Shown here: positions 38,901 to 52,905 of the stretch, in pieces
Numbering within the stretch: the stretch's first letter is position 1
Layout of the letters: the number at the start of each line of letters is the position of its first letter
Source of the DNA: Azolla caroliniana
Lineage: Eukaryota > Plantae > Polypodiophyta
DNA: 64,000 nucleotides
NCBI GenBank assembly: GCA_043228905.1
Contig: JBHGNT010000008.1
Location: 20,584,001 to 20,648,000, forward strand
Direction of reading: 5' to 3'
The notes under the pieces: generated by a model
What the model was told of the DNA's origin: nothing
Databases searched by the model: none
Seen by the model: the letters and a program-made list of their open reading frames with translations, nothing else
Program-made: the position numbers and the translations under genes

Positions 38901-39322
38901 ATGTCTAACATTTTGTTCTACCAGATGGGGCATACACGGAAGAGGATGGAAAGGGACTGCATTGCCTAGTAGAGTTATGTCACCCTACCCAACAATACTA
39001 TGGCCGCGGACCTCTCCAGCTCACACGGAACTACAACTACCTCACTGCTGGAAGAGACATGGGTTTCAATGGAATCCATAATCCCGGGGTCGTCGCGACC
39101 GGCCCCCACATCTCATTCAAGACTACGGTGTGGTTTTGGATGACACAATCGACACTCACGTGTCATGATGCGATGGTGAACCATCACGGGTTCGGCGCCA
39201 CAATTAAAGTCATCAATGGTAAAGAGTGTGAAGGTAACGCTCAAAACATCCGCATAGATATCTACAAGCATTACTGCAATATCCTGGGTGTACAGGCTAC
39301 TAAGAATTTGTCTTGTTCATGA
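32914..39322 (+). pseudogene. GH19 chitinase copy 2, disrupted by Copia; pieces 32914-33085, 38698-38829, 38925-39322
   Basis: MEHQQKRVG...LRHSPAA | NGVYTYPMF...HETG; intron 38830-38924 (GTATGT..CAG); exon 2 open to NLSCS*. The conserved QLTW is QLTR here. Confidence 0.93.
33087..38691 (-). mobile_element. Ty1/Copia, degenerate; LTRs 38329-38691 (5') and 33087-33451 (3')
   Basis: TGTTATAC...CACATCA LTRs (minus strand), Met PBS (reverse complement 38315-38327), PPT at 33452-33467. Gag (CHYCHKKGH), LDSGAS, VHTDVCGP, MDVKTAFLHG and YTDSD motifs in several frames. Flanked by CCGCCA. Confidence 0.93.
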
Positions 39323-40759
39323 CTACATTGTCCCTCGTTTTTTTGTCCATGACTACAGTACCATTGTAGGCATTAACAAGTTGTTCTTCCAAGCCTATCT
39401 TCGGATGGTCTTGGAGTTTTCTCTAAAATAATGAACTTGTTGTGTAAGTATAAGACGTTCAATATCTGGCCTAGAAATTGCAATTGAACATGGCCTTGGG
39501 GTTTTGTTTCAAATAAAGGACTTGTTGTGTAAGTATAATACGTTTAATATGCGGCGATGAAATTCCAATTGATCGTCCAAATTTTTGTATATTGGAGAGA
39601 GAAAAAGAAACAACCACCCAAAGTCTACACACATTGTTGATGAAACCGAGTGCGATGGAAGAGCATGTCCACATGGTGAAATGGTTCATAAGGAAGAGCA
39701 AAACATTTTGTGATAGAGCATATAAGCCTACATCTTTTTTATTGAAGTGTTCAAGGTATGGCCTTTAAATTTTAGGAGATCTCTATTATTCAGTTTAAAC
39801 CTACCTTGATGAGAAGTTAAAAGGTTGGCCCAATGTCTTAGTTTGGATGATCTACTCATCACTCACTAACCTCTAGCATTTGAAATAGTAAATTTACAAT
39901 CTCTTCATAAACCATTGCATGCTATGAGTCCATCGCTATCCAATGTTCACATCTTTCTCTTAGATCGTTCGTAAGTGATTATTACTTGCTCATTGTTTTC
40001 TGAAACATTGTCATCATATGGGGAGTGCACATGACGAAAACAAGAAAACCAAATATATAAAAGATTGAAGGGTAGAAGTATGGAAAGAATGTCATGAGAG
40101 AAAACGAAGTTAAAAATAACAAAAAGACTTAGCTTAGTCATCAAGATCTTCATTACGATCAAGAGGTCAGAGATTCAAATCTTGTAATGGATGATGAAGG
40201 GTGAATCAATTGAGTCTCAATGTCAAGTGCTATAAAAAGAAACTTATTAATTTGGTAAGGGCCCTTTAGAAACCTAGAAAAGGGAGAGAATAGCTCATTA
40301 TTTGGATCAAGCTTGAAGTGTTGCCAAAATCTTGAATGAGCTTGGAGTAACGAATCATAAGCCAACAAAGCCATCAAACTAATCAATCCAAACAAAAACT
40401 GAAGGATATCCTTCTTAACCACAATTCCAACATCTCTATCTTCTTAGATTCTTACATTTCAATGTACTTCATGTAATGGAGTCGAGAATGATCTTGTTTA
40501 TATTTAGACCGATCTTTTAATCTTCAATACGATAAATTTTTTGCTATTCATATAAAATTAATTTCATAAATCCACTATACATTATTATTCTCAATCTATT
40601 AGGGATTGTGTTAAAATTTTCGGTTTGTGATTTTGAGTTTGGATTGCAAACTTACACAGATTTGGAGGAAGATTCCCAAGATGACAAGTCCTGAACTTAC
40701 GACTTCGAGAAACTCACATCATCAATGGGAAGGGTTTGTCACGAGGCTCATGCCGAATC

Positions 40760-41020
40760 TTCTAATCTAACATTCTCCTCAACCATTCTCCACCTCCAAC
40801 ATTCTTGATCTCAAACTTTCTCCTCCCCCAACAATCTCGAACATTCCCTACCCCCAACATTCTCCTTGTTGAACATCCTCCTCCTCCTCCATTATTCTCC
40901 TCATAAGAAATTCTCCACCTCGAACATCCTCTTCATCGAACAATCTCCTTGTCAAAGATTCTCCTCCAACATTCTCCACCTATAGCATTCTCATCCTCCA
41001 ACATTTTCCACGTCGCCCCC
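40760..41020 (+). repeat. Degenerate short tandem repeat (aacattctcc-like)
   Basis: About a dozen variants of (c/g)aacattctcc(t/a)c. Confidence 0.6.
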
Positions 41021-41362
41021 GACCTTCTGTTCCTCACCAACGTCCAAATATGGAATAAAATAATATCATGAGGAAGTAGGACAAATATGCCACATAGATG
41101 TAATATTTTAAGACAAGATTTGCACCTGACATCTATAGAGGTAAAGTGTTTTATTTACAAATAAAGTGACTATTATTGAGCATCACATAGATCTTGCATA
41201 TGGATACATAGTCAAAAACTACTAAGGGAAACCCTCTAGGCACTAAACCAAATATCGATGGCTAGCTTGAAGTCTCCATCATGACAATTTGAGTCCACAA
41301 CCTATCCTCCCTAGTTCAAGTCCCTAGTGGTCCCACTCACGTTTCACACGCGTGCATGTAGT

Positions 41363-43655
41363 TGTAAGGGGAAAAGAAGCAATAACACACAAGAAGGAGA
41401 GAGGGAGAAAGAGAGATAGACAGAGATAGAGAGACAATGTTGTAAAAGAAGAACTCTATGTTTCATTATGCTAGTGAGAACACTTTATATAGAAATCTAC
41501 AAAAGTATTTAAATGTATAAGTTACAAAATAAGGTGTAACTGATGTAATGGTTGTAACTGATCTAATAATTTAATATGTGTAACATCTCCTATACATAGT
41601 TATATTATATCCTAACATCCCCCCATAATATAAATATTGTAAATACTCTCTTTGGTGTGGTGAAGCTTATGTCCTAGCTTCGTACAACACTGTAAATGTT
41701 TTTGGTGTGGTACTGGTTTAGTGAGAAGATTAGGTCACATAGTGATTGTTGAAGTATAATGGAGTTCAAGATCTTTCATTTTGACTATGTCTCGTATGAA
41801 TGATACTTAGCCTTTGTATGTTTGTTTTTTGTTTGTGAGTTCAGGGTTTATAGAAATTTTGATACAACATTGATTGTCACAATACATTTTTATATGTGAT
41901 AAATTTATTACATCTAGTTATTTTAAAATACTTTTGAGCCACAAGGCCTCTTTTGCTGCTAGTGCTACGGCCACATACTCGCCTTCAGTGGATGATAATG
42001 CCACCATTGTTTGTTTCTTTGTTCTCCACAATATAGCTCCACCTGCAAATGTGAAAACCATTCCCGAAGTAGAGCGATATGAGTCCACATCTCCCCCCCA
42101 ATCAGAATTTGTCCATCCTTGAAAGAGATGAGGTGAGCCTTGCTTCAAGTGAGGACGAATTCTAAGATTGGAGAGACATGTATGTTATCACCATATCTTT
42201 CGTGTGCTTGAGGTACTTTATCAACCTATTGATAGCTTTTCAATGTTTAACACCAGGATTTTGCATAAATCTTGAAAGGTATCCTACACTAAATGACAAG
42301 TCAGGTCTCATGCAACTTATAAGATAATAGATACTCTCAAGTATTGGTCGATAAGGGATTGTCTTCATGAATTGGATTTCCACCATTGTATTAGGACTAT
42401 CCTCAATAGAGAGTTTGCATGGGGCCATCATTGGTGTCAATGTTAGGTTGCATTTCATATTTTCGTAATATTTCTTCTATTGTCTTCTTTTGAGTGTTAT
42501 TGTTTGCCATCAATTCCTCAACGTTCATTGCCATCATCATCCCACTCACCATTTCTATATTCATCATCATAATCATCAACCCTAACCCTGAACCAATAAC
42601 ATTGAGATATTGAGAGAGTTCCCTCAATTCGATTACGAGATACTTTGATACCAACACAATATTCCATGGGACCCACGTCTTCTACTAGAAAGGCTTATTG
42701 AAGTTGATGGGTGGCTTGATGTAGTGCATCAATACTATTAGAGGCTAGTAGAAGTTCATCCACATATACACCAAGAATTACAAAAATGTTTCCATCTCTA
42801 CGGATATATAAATTTGGCTTAGGTGCGAGCCATTTAAAATTAATTTTCATTACATGAGAATGTAGCTTGGGGTGCCACATTTGGGGTGATTGGTTCAAAC
42901 CATAAATTGACTTTTCAACGTACATACAAAATTTGGATGCTTTGAATCTTGAAAATGTGGAGAAATGTTGTCTCCATATCAAGGTGATGAAGCTCAAGAA
43001 TCAATGCCGCAGTAATTCCCCATACTAACCTCATTAGTGAGATGCAAATGTTTCTTTAAAGTCGAGGCCTTTGCACTTGTGTGAATCCACGAGCTATGAT
43101 CCTAGCCTCAAGATCGCCATGGAGAAATATTGTCTCTACATCAAGGTGATGAAGCTCAAGAATCAATGCCGCAGTAATTCCCCATACTAACCTAATCGGT
43201 GAGATGTGAAGTGTTGGAGCGAATGTATCTTTAAAGTCGATGCCTTGCAATTGTGTGAATCCACAACCTACGACTCTAGCCTCAAGATCGCCTTGGAGAA
43301 ATGCCATATCCACATCAAGGTGATGAAGCTTGAGATTCAATGTTGTAGTAATTCCCTATACTAACCTCATTGGATAGATGCGAACTGTGGGAGCGAATAT
43401 TTCTTTAAAGTCGATGCCTTGCACTTGTGTGAATCCGCGAGCTATGACCCTAGCCTTAAAACGAATGGGATTGCCGCTTGCATCCGTTTTGACTTTTAAA
43501 ATCTATTTGCTACTTATAAATTTTTTGTTCTTGGGACGAGGTATGAGTTCCCACATACCATTATTTAAGAGTGACGCCACCTCCTCAGTCATTGCTTAAT
43601 GCCATTCATTTTTGAAAGGGCCATCAAGTGCTTGAACACTTGAAGTTAGCGAGCA
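41363..43655 (-). mobile_element. Old Copia: 3' LTR 41363-41617 plus degraded RT/RNase H
   Basis: TGTAAG...TAACA followed by tcccccc (reverse-complement PPT); WTNSDWGGD, RSTSG, ALSSTEGEY, VYVDEL, LDVETIFLHGDLE. Confidence 0.85.
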
Positions 43656-44727
43656 CACATTAAATTATTACATTAATTACAACCATTACATCAGTTACAA
43701 CTTATTTTGTGTCTTACACATTTAAATACTTTTGTAGATTTCTATATAAAGTGTTCTCACTAGCATAATGAAACATAGACTTCTTCTTTTACAATTTTAT
43801 CTCTCCATCTTTATCTATCTCTCGCTCTTGGTCTTCATATTTATTTTAGCTATTACTTTCTCATACGATGTCATATTTTGACAAGATATTGCTTGAATTG
43901 AAGCTCACAACAAGATCGGTGATATGATCTAAGAAGATTAGTTCTGTAATAAACTAAAGCTAACAAGTTTCAGAGGTATAATTCTCATAAAGTTTGGTCC
44001 TAGAATGGCAAACACTCGTTAGGTGGCCACAAAAAGTGGGAGTATGATCGCTAATGTGCCAATATCACTAATGGCTCTTGACACCAATGCAATAAACTCA
44101 GCCACAATGGACAAAATGATTATGAGTCACTTGATTTGTTTTCAAGAAACCATAAACAAGCAAGGTGAAGAGATGAGCATACTAATGAAAGAGAACGCTA
44201 AGCTCTAAATAGTTTTCATTGAGAATGAAGTCCTTAAGAAAATGGTTGCCAAACATGAAGAAGAGATTCAAGAATGTAAAAGAGCTTCGTTTGAAACAAC
44301 TGAGCGCCTCAACAAGATTGAGTTAAAGGAAGCACTAAAAGAAGAAAAAATGGATACAATGCACGGGGATGTAAGTGAGATGAAAAATGTATGCCCAACG
44401 AAGTCAGGGGCTGATGTATGTGGTGGGGATGTGGTATCAAACTCATCTATTATGCATGTGATGAATCAAGAGAAGAATACAGAAAGCATAGATGCTCGAG
44501 AATTGAAAGAATGTGAAAAACGATCAGAGAACATTGTCATTCGTGGGATTAAATAGGAGAGTGTAGAAACACCTACATCCCTCGGAAAGGCCATTGGTGA
44601 ATTGTTTAGCATGCATTATTGTATATCGGATCTAAATGTATATGGGGCTCACTGATTTATGAAACATGGTATTACTCGCTCCAGAGAAAGTCCTATTGTA
44701 TGCACAATGATGCACGATACAAAGCGG

Positions 44728-45517
44728 TGTCGTAGTGTATTTCGTACACTACGTGAAAAAGTAAAAATAATATAACCGATTTAATTACATATAAATAAAT
44801 AAAATAATATATCAAGATATTTATCACGTGCATAGGGCAAGATTTGAACCTTGTACCTCCACGTAGCCAAACCTCAACTTTACCATTATGCTACCTTATC
44901 TTTAGTGTTCTATAAATAGATTTAATAACTATAAGTGCTTTATTTGCGCCTACCTTTATTAAAAAGGTAAATCATGCATTTTTTAGAGTGCGTGAATATT
45001 TTATAGAAAAACGCAAGCAACTAAAAAGTGACTCATGCACATCTAGCATGCATGAGCACTATATTTAGCAAATAAAAGCAAGGATTAGAAAAGCATCACA
45101 TGCATATTTAGTGTGCATGAACATATTAGAAAAAAGCATGTAGCTATGCTTAGTCTCTTCCATCACTATATAAGGATGGGGAGCACAATGTAATAGGTGT
45201 GTGAAATATTTGGAAATTGGATATATTTTCGAAAACACCAACCGATCAATATAATCGTGGGATTCACGAAAATAATATAATCTATACTTGTGGGATTCAC
45301 AAGTTTCTTATATCTTTCTTTCAATCTAAATACATATTCTTATCTAAATATTGAATAATCGAATAAAATACACTCGTGGGATTCACGAAATTTCTATCTC
45401 TCTTTCTAATAATCTATTCATTACTAGCCTCATCTCATATTCTTCTTTCTCCTAGTCCAAAACCTCGGTGGTTCCCACCCGACTCACGCAAACGATCCGG
45501 AGCCGAAAGGCACGACA
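44728..45517 (+). mobile_element. Solo LTR inserted in LINE ORF1
   Basis: TGTCGT...ACGACA termini, GCGG duplicated on both sides, TATA at about 45168, three cgtgggattcac repeats, antisense tRNA-like cassette at 44830-44895. Confidence 0.75.
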
Positions 45518-45760
45518 GCGGTGAATCATACTAAAAAATAGTTGGGTATACCTCAAAGGTACGCAATGCTTTGTGAGTGAAGATCGTACTATCTCAAAAC
45601 AAAATTTCCCTCGTAAAGCATATGAAGAAAGATTGAAAAATAAGGTTAAAGATGTGCCTAAGGATGGAAATGTAGGCAAATACAAACATGTGACCTATTA
45701 GACTAACCCACGTCTTTTATGACTATGCTTTTGGAATTGCAATGGATACTCATGGAATGC

Positions 45761-46078
45761 GGGATTTGGCATAGAGGAGTTCACTCGATGACTCGAATAT
45801 CCCACTCCTTGTTGAAACATGGGAGCATGACACTCAAAGGATTCAATATTAACCAAACTATAATGTACACTCTTTGATATTTGAGAAAAATCCAACACAA
45901 AGAAGAGGACAAGGAGGGGATTTGGCATAGAGGAGTTCACTCGATGACTCAGATATCCCACTCCTTGTCGAAACATGGGAGCATGACACTCAAAGGATTC
46001 AATATTAATGAAACTATAATGTACACTCTTTGATATTTGAGAAAAATCCAAGACAATGAAGAGGACAAGGAGGGGTGG
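45761..46078 (+). repeat. ~177-bp tandem duplication within the LINE
   Basis: gggatttggcatagaggagttcactcgatgactc...gaagaggacaaggagggg occurs twice. Confidence 0.85.
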
Positions 46079-48440
46079 CATGCTTGATTAAGAAGGAAAT
46101 AGAGAAATGTGTCAATCGTAAAAAATGATGAACATAAATAAATGCTACATATGGCTCAAAATAGAATGATTTGCCCACTTTTGTCATTAGATGTTACATT
46201 CCTCATCCAGATTCTAACTTTTATGCTTGTTTGGATAAAGATCAACCTTTTGCCAATCTAGAAGATGATATTGCTTATTTCAAATCCAAAGGGGAAGTTA
46301 TTGTCTTTGGTGACATGAATGCCCGTACAAGAAGTTTCCAACTTGATGCACAAAAATCTTTCATGCCACATATCTCAAGGATGCAAGAGTATATACAACT
46401 GTATAACCGTTCTTCTAGCCATGAAAAACATCCTGACCAATTTCGGAAGTTACTCCTACACATGTGCAATAGACCTAATTGCTTATTGCAAATGGTGTCT
46501 CCTTATGGTCCAACACTAATGGTTTTACATGTAGAAAACACAATGGAAATAGTGTAATTGACTATGTGCTACTTTCTGAAGGTATTTTCGATCGTATACA
46601 TAAGTCCTCACTTGGTGAATGAACACCAGAATCTGATCATAGGGCTTTATGTATTGACCTCAAATTTATGCATAGGTTTGATGATGAGAAGGCCACTGAA
46701 GATAATAAATGACTACACTTAAGGATGAACCTTAAGAATGCACCCATTTACTCCAAGGTGGTTGAGGATATGTTACAAATGACAAAGATACAACATAGTT
46801 CCACACTAGAATGCAAATTGGAAGCTTTTAAGAAAGTCATTCTCTCATGTGCAAACAAATGTTTTTCGACCAAGCACACATCTTGGAAATGCATCAAGAA
46901 ATGTGGTTCTAATAAAAAAAGGTTTGATAAAGAATGTCATGAAGCTCGAAAGCGCCTTATGATTTTGGATGTAGTTAAGGATAAGGATAATTACCAAAAG
47001 AATTTGCATGAGTAAAAAAGTCTTATTCAAAGAATGAGAAGAATATGAGAAGTTACTCAACAATTTCTCCAAACGCAATAGAAAGCGCATGCATGTGCTA
47101 AATTTTGGGGAAATCTAAAGGGGAAACGTGTTGAGAGTTATGGTGACTTAACTCTTCTTAACTTGTCTATGCATTGTAAGAATGTATATGAGGTATATCT
47201 TGCCGGAAAGATGATGTGTTATGGTTCTCTTTCACATATGTCTCCCTTCTTTATAATCGAAGATATATGCGTAGGACTTAAGAAATTGGCTTTTCGAAAG
47301 GCAAACGATGTTCAATGTATAAATGTTGAAATGTTCATTTGAATGCATGGGAAAGGAAGTACATGCATGGATAAGAGATATGTTTAATCATGCACTGCAA
47401 CATGGTATGCCATATGATTGGACTACAAATTGGATCAAACCTTTGCATAAAGGTGGACATGTAAATAACGTAAACAACTATCAAACCATCATGGTTGACT
47501 CGTTAATGGAAAAACTATTTGGATGTATAATGGAATCAAAGATAAGTTGATGGGCTAAAAAAAAATGGTAAGAGAGCTTATGGACATGGTGGCTTTCGAA
47601 AACACCATAGCACCATTGATCACCTTATCACCCTTCAAGTATTAATCGAGGAAAGTTGCCTTGGAGGTAAAGGTTTATATTGTTGCTTTATAGACTTTAG
47701 GAAAGCTTTTGATATGGTACCACGTGACCATCTTTGGAGGTGAATGGAAGAACTCAAAGTGCCAAGTGAATATATGCTTGCAATCTCTTGAATATATGAG
47801 AAGGTTATATGTTGTGTGTGTATGAGTGATAAACTTTCAGATTTTTTTGATCGCACTATTGGTGTGAAGCAAGGATGCTCGTTTGTAAAAGAAGGTGTTA
47901 AAGAAGTTGCAATTGGGAATGTGGTCATTATGCTTTTGCTATATGCGGATGATGTAGTGTTCTTTACAAATACTTTAGAAGATGTGTAAAAGCTTATGAA
48001 GGCATTCGAAAAAATTTGCATGCATATAAAATTAAGTGTTAATAGCTCTAAAACAAAGATTATAGTTGTGAAAAGCCAAAAAAGAGATAAGCTATGCATT
48101 ATGTACAATAATGAGCCACTTGAATGTGTGCAAATATTCAAATAACTTGGCCTTGAAGTTCCCTCAAATCATAGATGAAATGAATGTGCTATATGCTGCT
48201 TAGAGGCAGGAAAGTGAGCATATTATGTATTTGAGAGCACATGCAATCGTGGAGATATTAAGTGTTCGGTCTGGAAGGAATACCTTTTCGACAGTTTGGT
48301 GACAACTGTCAGGAATAGTACTAAAGACAGAGAGAATTAGTACTAGAGATAAAGGAGGAAATTTCGATGAGGATTAGTACTAAGAGGGAGGGAGTATGGG
48401 GAACTAACGAGAGAAGGAGAGAGAGAGAGAGAGAGAGAGA

Positions 48441-48976
<536 letters not shown>

Positions 48977-51900
48977 ATTATATGAAGAGAAGATACAAGA
49001 ACAACGAGGAGGCTTAAGACTTGCGTTGAATTGAATTGGTTTGGAACAATGCCTCTATTTATAGTGATGTCAAGAGTACTCCTGAAGTTTCGAGAATATT
49101 CTAGAGTAATCTAGATATACATGAATTTTCTATATTGAAATAATAAATGAAAATAATATTTTTTATATTATAATACATAGTTTAATGGTAAGGGTTCAGC
49201 CCATGGAACACAATGTTATGGGTTCAAATCCTTTTGGACGGATATGATGAAACTATCCCCCTCTTTAAACGACAAGTGTTACGAGTCGTCTTTGATTGAG
49301 GATCTGGTTTGTCTTGATATTGACGATGGAAGTCTTCAAGTAGAGCTCGAGCATTGGCCACATTCTCTATCGGTTCCCAAGTATGCTAGCTTGGACTATA
49401 GCCTAGCCAATCGACCGAATAGTAGAACTTGTTGTGAACAATCTTGGAATTGAGGATGGTAGCAACCTTGTATTTAGGTCCATCTTCAAGTTTGATCGGG
49501 GGTGGAGGTGGTGTAATAGGATTGGGAATAGTGTTATCTTGATAGGGTTCTAGAAGAGAAATATGAAATATCATATGTATCCGTAGTTGCGGAGGTAGAT
49601 CAAGGTGAAAAGTGACATCATTAATTTTTTCCGTTAATACGGAAAATGCCTAACCTTCGATAATCCAATTTGTCACATGGTCGAGTAGTCTTGATGTGCC
49701 ATCATAATAGTCATACTCTATCACCAATACAAAAATAGGATGGAAGCCAATGATGATCGGCATAGTCCTTCTTTGTTTGATGGGTGTGATGTAGGTGGGT
49801 AGATAGTTCTACTTGAATTCGTCGTAGTCGCTCCGAATGATCCTCTGCACTAGGATTTGTGGGTAACTCAAGAGTTCTACCACACACCAACGAGGGTGAT
49901 AGCCTGTATAAGCATAGAATGGTGTAACCCTTGTAGAGGAGTGGATAGAATTATTGTAAGAAAATTTAGCAAAGTGTAGAATATCTGCCCAATCATCTTG
50001 TTGATAGCTTAGGAAACACCAAAGATACTATTTTTACGTTTGATTGGTACGTTCTGCTTGTCCATTTGTTTGGGGATGATAGCCGAAGGAGAGATTGTAG
50101 GTGACCTTGAGAATTTTGAAGAGGTGCTTCCAAAATTTATAGACGAATTGAGGTTCACGATCATTGATGATACTGTCGGGAAGACCATGATGCTGAAATA
50201 CTTCACGCATAACAATTCCTATGGTTTCTTCACTAGCGATTTCTTTAGTACATGGCACAAAATGTGCCATCTTAGTATATCGATCTACCACTGTTAAGAT
50301 CGCATTAAAGCTCTTCGAATCCGGAAGATCTGTGATAAAATCTAGAGAAATAGATTGCCACAGTTTGTTTGGGATAGGTAATGGCTCCAACAAACCATAG
50401 GGATGATGTCTAGGCATCTTCGCTCTGCAACATGTATAACATGTCCGAACATAGTCTTCGACAAATCTTCACTTATGAGGCCACAAAAATGATTGTTGTA
50501 CTAAATCCAATGTTTTAGTACTACCAAAATGTTTGGTTGTGTATGTGTCATGGCAATTTTGTACTATTCAAAGGCAACAAGAACCATTGGGAACATAATT
50601 TTTTTTCTTAAAGAAGAGTAATCCATCATGACATTCGAATTGTTGATAATCCGTGCTTGGTTGTTGTGACCGTGAACAAGATGCTCGAGAGGGATCCATT
50701 TGATCTAGAATAGCTCAAGCGAAAAACATCTAACTTCAAATCTTCACGTATTGTATCGATAATGTGGGAGTGTCGAAAACCGACTCTTCTTGAAGTCATG
50801 CCAAACCTAGGATTAGTTGCTTTCGATTGTCGAAGGCTGGATCACCAGGACGAGGAGCTAGATACGACTATCGTGATAATGCATCTACCTTCCCTTGTTG
50901 CTTGCCCGGAAGATGTGTAGTCTTGAAGTCGAAACGAGTGAGGAGTTGGGCCCACCAAGCTTGTTGTCTATTTAATACGTGAGCATTCAGGAAGTAGGTG
51001 AGATTCTTGTGATCACTGAATATAGTAACTTGATGAGGAGTTCACTATGCAAAAGAGTCCACTATTGCTAATAGCTCTTTGGCATGTCTCTTGTAGTTGA
51101 TTTCGGCGGCGTCAAATTTTCTCGAGTGGAAAGCCACGGGATGTAGCTTCTCATCGTCCCCTTGCTGTGACAAAATACTATCGAGGGCGAAATATGACGT
51201 GTATGCCTCAATGATAAATGGTTTTTGGAGATCAACATGAGCTAGAACAGGAGCCGATGTAAATGCTTTCTTGAGACCCTCAAAAGCTATGTCCACTTCC
51301 ATTGTCCAAACAAATGATTGCCCCTTCTTTGTAAGTTTTGTGCGTGGCAAAATAAGCTTTGAGTAGTCCTGTATAAACTTGCGATAGAAATTTGCGAATC
51401 CAAAAAAGCACTACACATCTCGCAATGAATGTGGAGTCTGCCACTCTTACACAGTTTGGACTTTAGTTGGATCCATAGAGATGCCTTCTGAGGAAATGAC
51501 ATAGCCTAGAAATTCTACTTGGTTATAGTCAAAACTACACTTTTCCAGCTTTGCATAAAGACCATGTTCTCATAGTCTTCTTAGTACCAATAGTACATGA
51601 GAATCATGCTCCTCTTGTGTCTTTGAATAAACTAGCAGATCATCCAAGTAGATGATCAAACAAATGTCCAAAAGATCTCGGAATATATCAATTGCCATGT
51701 GCTAGAAGACTATTGGCACATTGATGAGGCTGAATGGCATAATTGTATACTCCAAGTGCCCATATCGGGTGCGAAAAGCTATCTTCCATTTGTCTCCCGC
51801 TCGAATATGTACGAGGTTATATGCTCCTTGTAAGTCGATTTTTGTGAAAAACTTTGCACCATTAATCCTTTCTAAAAGACTCAAGATCAAGGGAAGTGCA

Positions 51901-52387
51901 TACCTATTTTTGATGGTGACCTTATTCAAGCCATAGTAATCCACGACTAGATGAAGTAATCCATCTTTTCTCTTGACAAAGAAAATAGGTGCACTAGTTG
52001 GAGATTTCGAATGTCGAATGAACCCGTTTGCCAAATTTTCCTCTATGAAGGCTCGAAGAACTTCAAGCTCGGTTGGTGACAAGTTGTAGATCGGTCTCCA
52101 CGGTGGCTCTTTTCTTGGTTGTAAGTCAATGGGACAATCACAAGGTCAATGGTGAGGAAGAGTACTAGCTTTTACCTTATCAAAAACGTCGGAAGGTTTC
52201 ATTGATACTTACGAATACAAACATTGATTCCTTGCATCATTCCTCGCACAATTGATGTAGTGAAATGGTTGAAATCTTATGAGTAGATCCTCGAGGTTGT
52301 CGATACCCGATTTCTCTTGTTCTCCAATCTATGTTCGAATTGTGTAATTCGAACCGTGGTAACCCCAAAACAATTGGATGCTCTGGA

Positions 52388-52762
52388 CCAAACCAAACTA
52401 TTTAATAAAAACTTTAAACCTAACCATTTAAATCTAACTAAATAAACAAAAATGCATTAAACTAAATAAACATTTAAGTTAAATTTATTAAATCAATAAA
52501 AGAAACTTTAATTGACCCATTAAATTAAATAAACATTTAAGTTAAATTAATTAAATCAATAAAAAACCATTAATTAAGACATTAAATTAATAAACTATTA
52601 ATGTAAAAAAAAAGTTAACCAAAAACCTATAAACCTTTAAACATGAGTTTTAGAACCGAACCGAACCATTTATCGAAAATCCAAACCAAACCAAACCAAA
52701 AAACCGTTGAACCATGGCTTAATAGTTCGGTTCGGTTTGAGCCGAAATAGTGCCCATTGCTA
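52388..52762. mobile_element. One end of a probable hAT-type MITE / AT-rich DNA element replacing Gypsy gag and part of the 5' LTR
   Basis: Clusters of aaccg/ccaaa repeats, cggttcggttt, and terminus gtgcccattgcta (reverse complement tagcaatgggcac). The other end is not visible. Confidence 0.5.
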
Positions 52763-52840
52763 CCAAAGTAATTTGCAATATAAATGAATTTCCTATAGTG
52801 AAATAATAAATGAAAATAATATTTTGCATATTATGATGGA

Positions 52841-52905
52841 TGGTTTAATGGTAAGGGTTCAACCCATGTAACACAAGGTCATGGGTTCAAATCCTTTTGG
52901 AGCCA
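52841..52905 (+). other. tRNA-like cassette in Gypsy LTR, antisense to the element (second copy at 49178-49242)
   Basis: TGGTTTAATGGtaag...atgGGTTCAAATCCttttggagCCA. Confidence 0.7.

Larger units (their letters stand above)
21950..39830 (+). repeat. Segmental duplication unit 2 (expanded by hAT and Copia insertions)
   Basis: Colinear with 9390-12570 once 23052-32181 and 33087-38691 are removed. Confidence 0.9.

Noticed and set aside
39830-40700. Possible coding remnant downstream of chitinase 2
   Set aside because: Only short ORFs with no recognisable motifs; I could not classify it.
44023-44556. Host coiled-coil gene
   Set aside because: It lies inside the TSD-bounded LINE upstream of the endonuclease, so it is best explained as a disrupted LINE ORF1.
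45256-45392. cgtgggattcac repeats as a CRISPR or operator array
   Set aside because: Three short, irregularly spaced repeats inside a solo LTR; typical LTR subrepeats.
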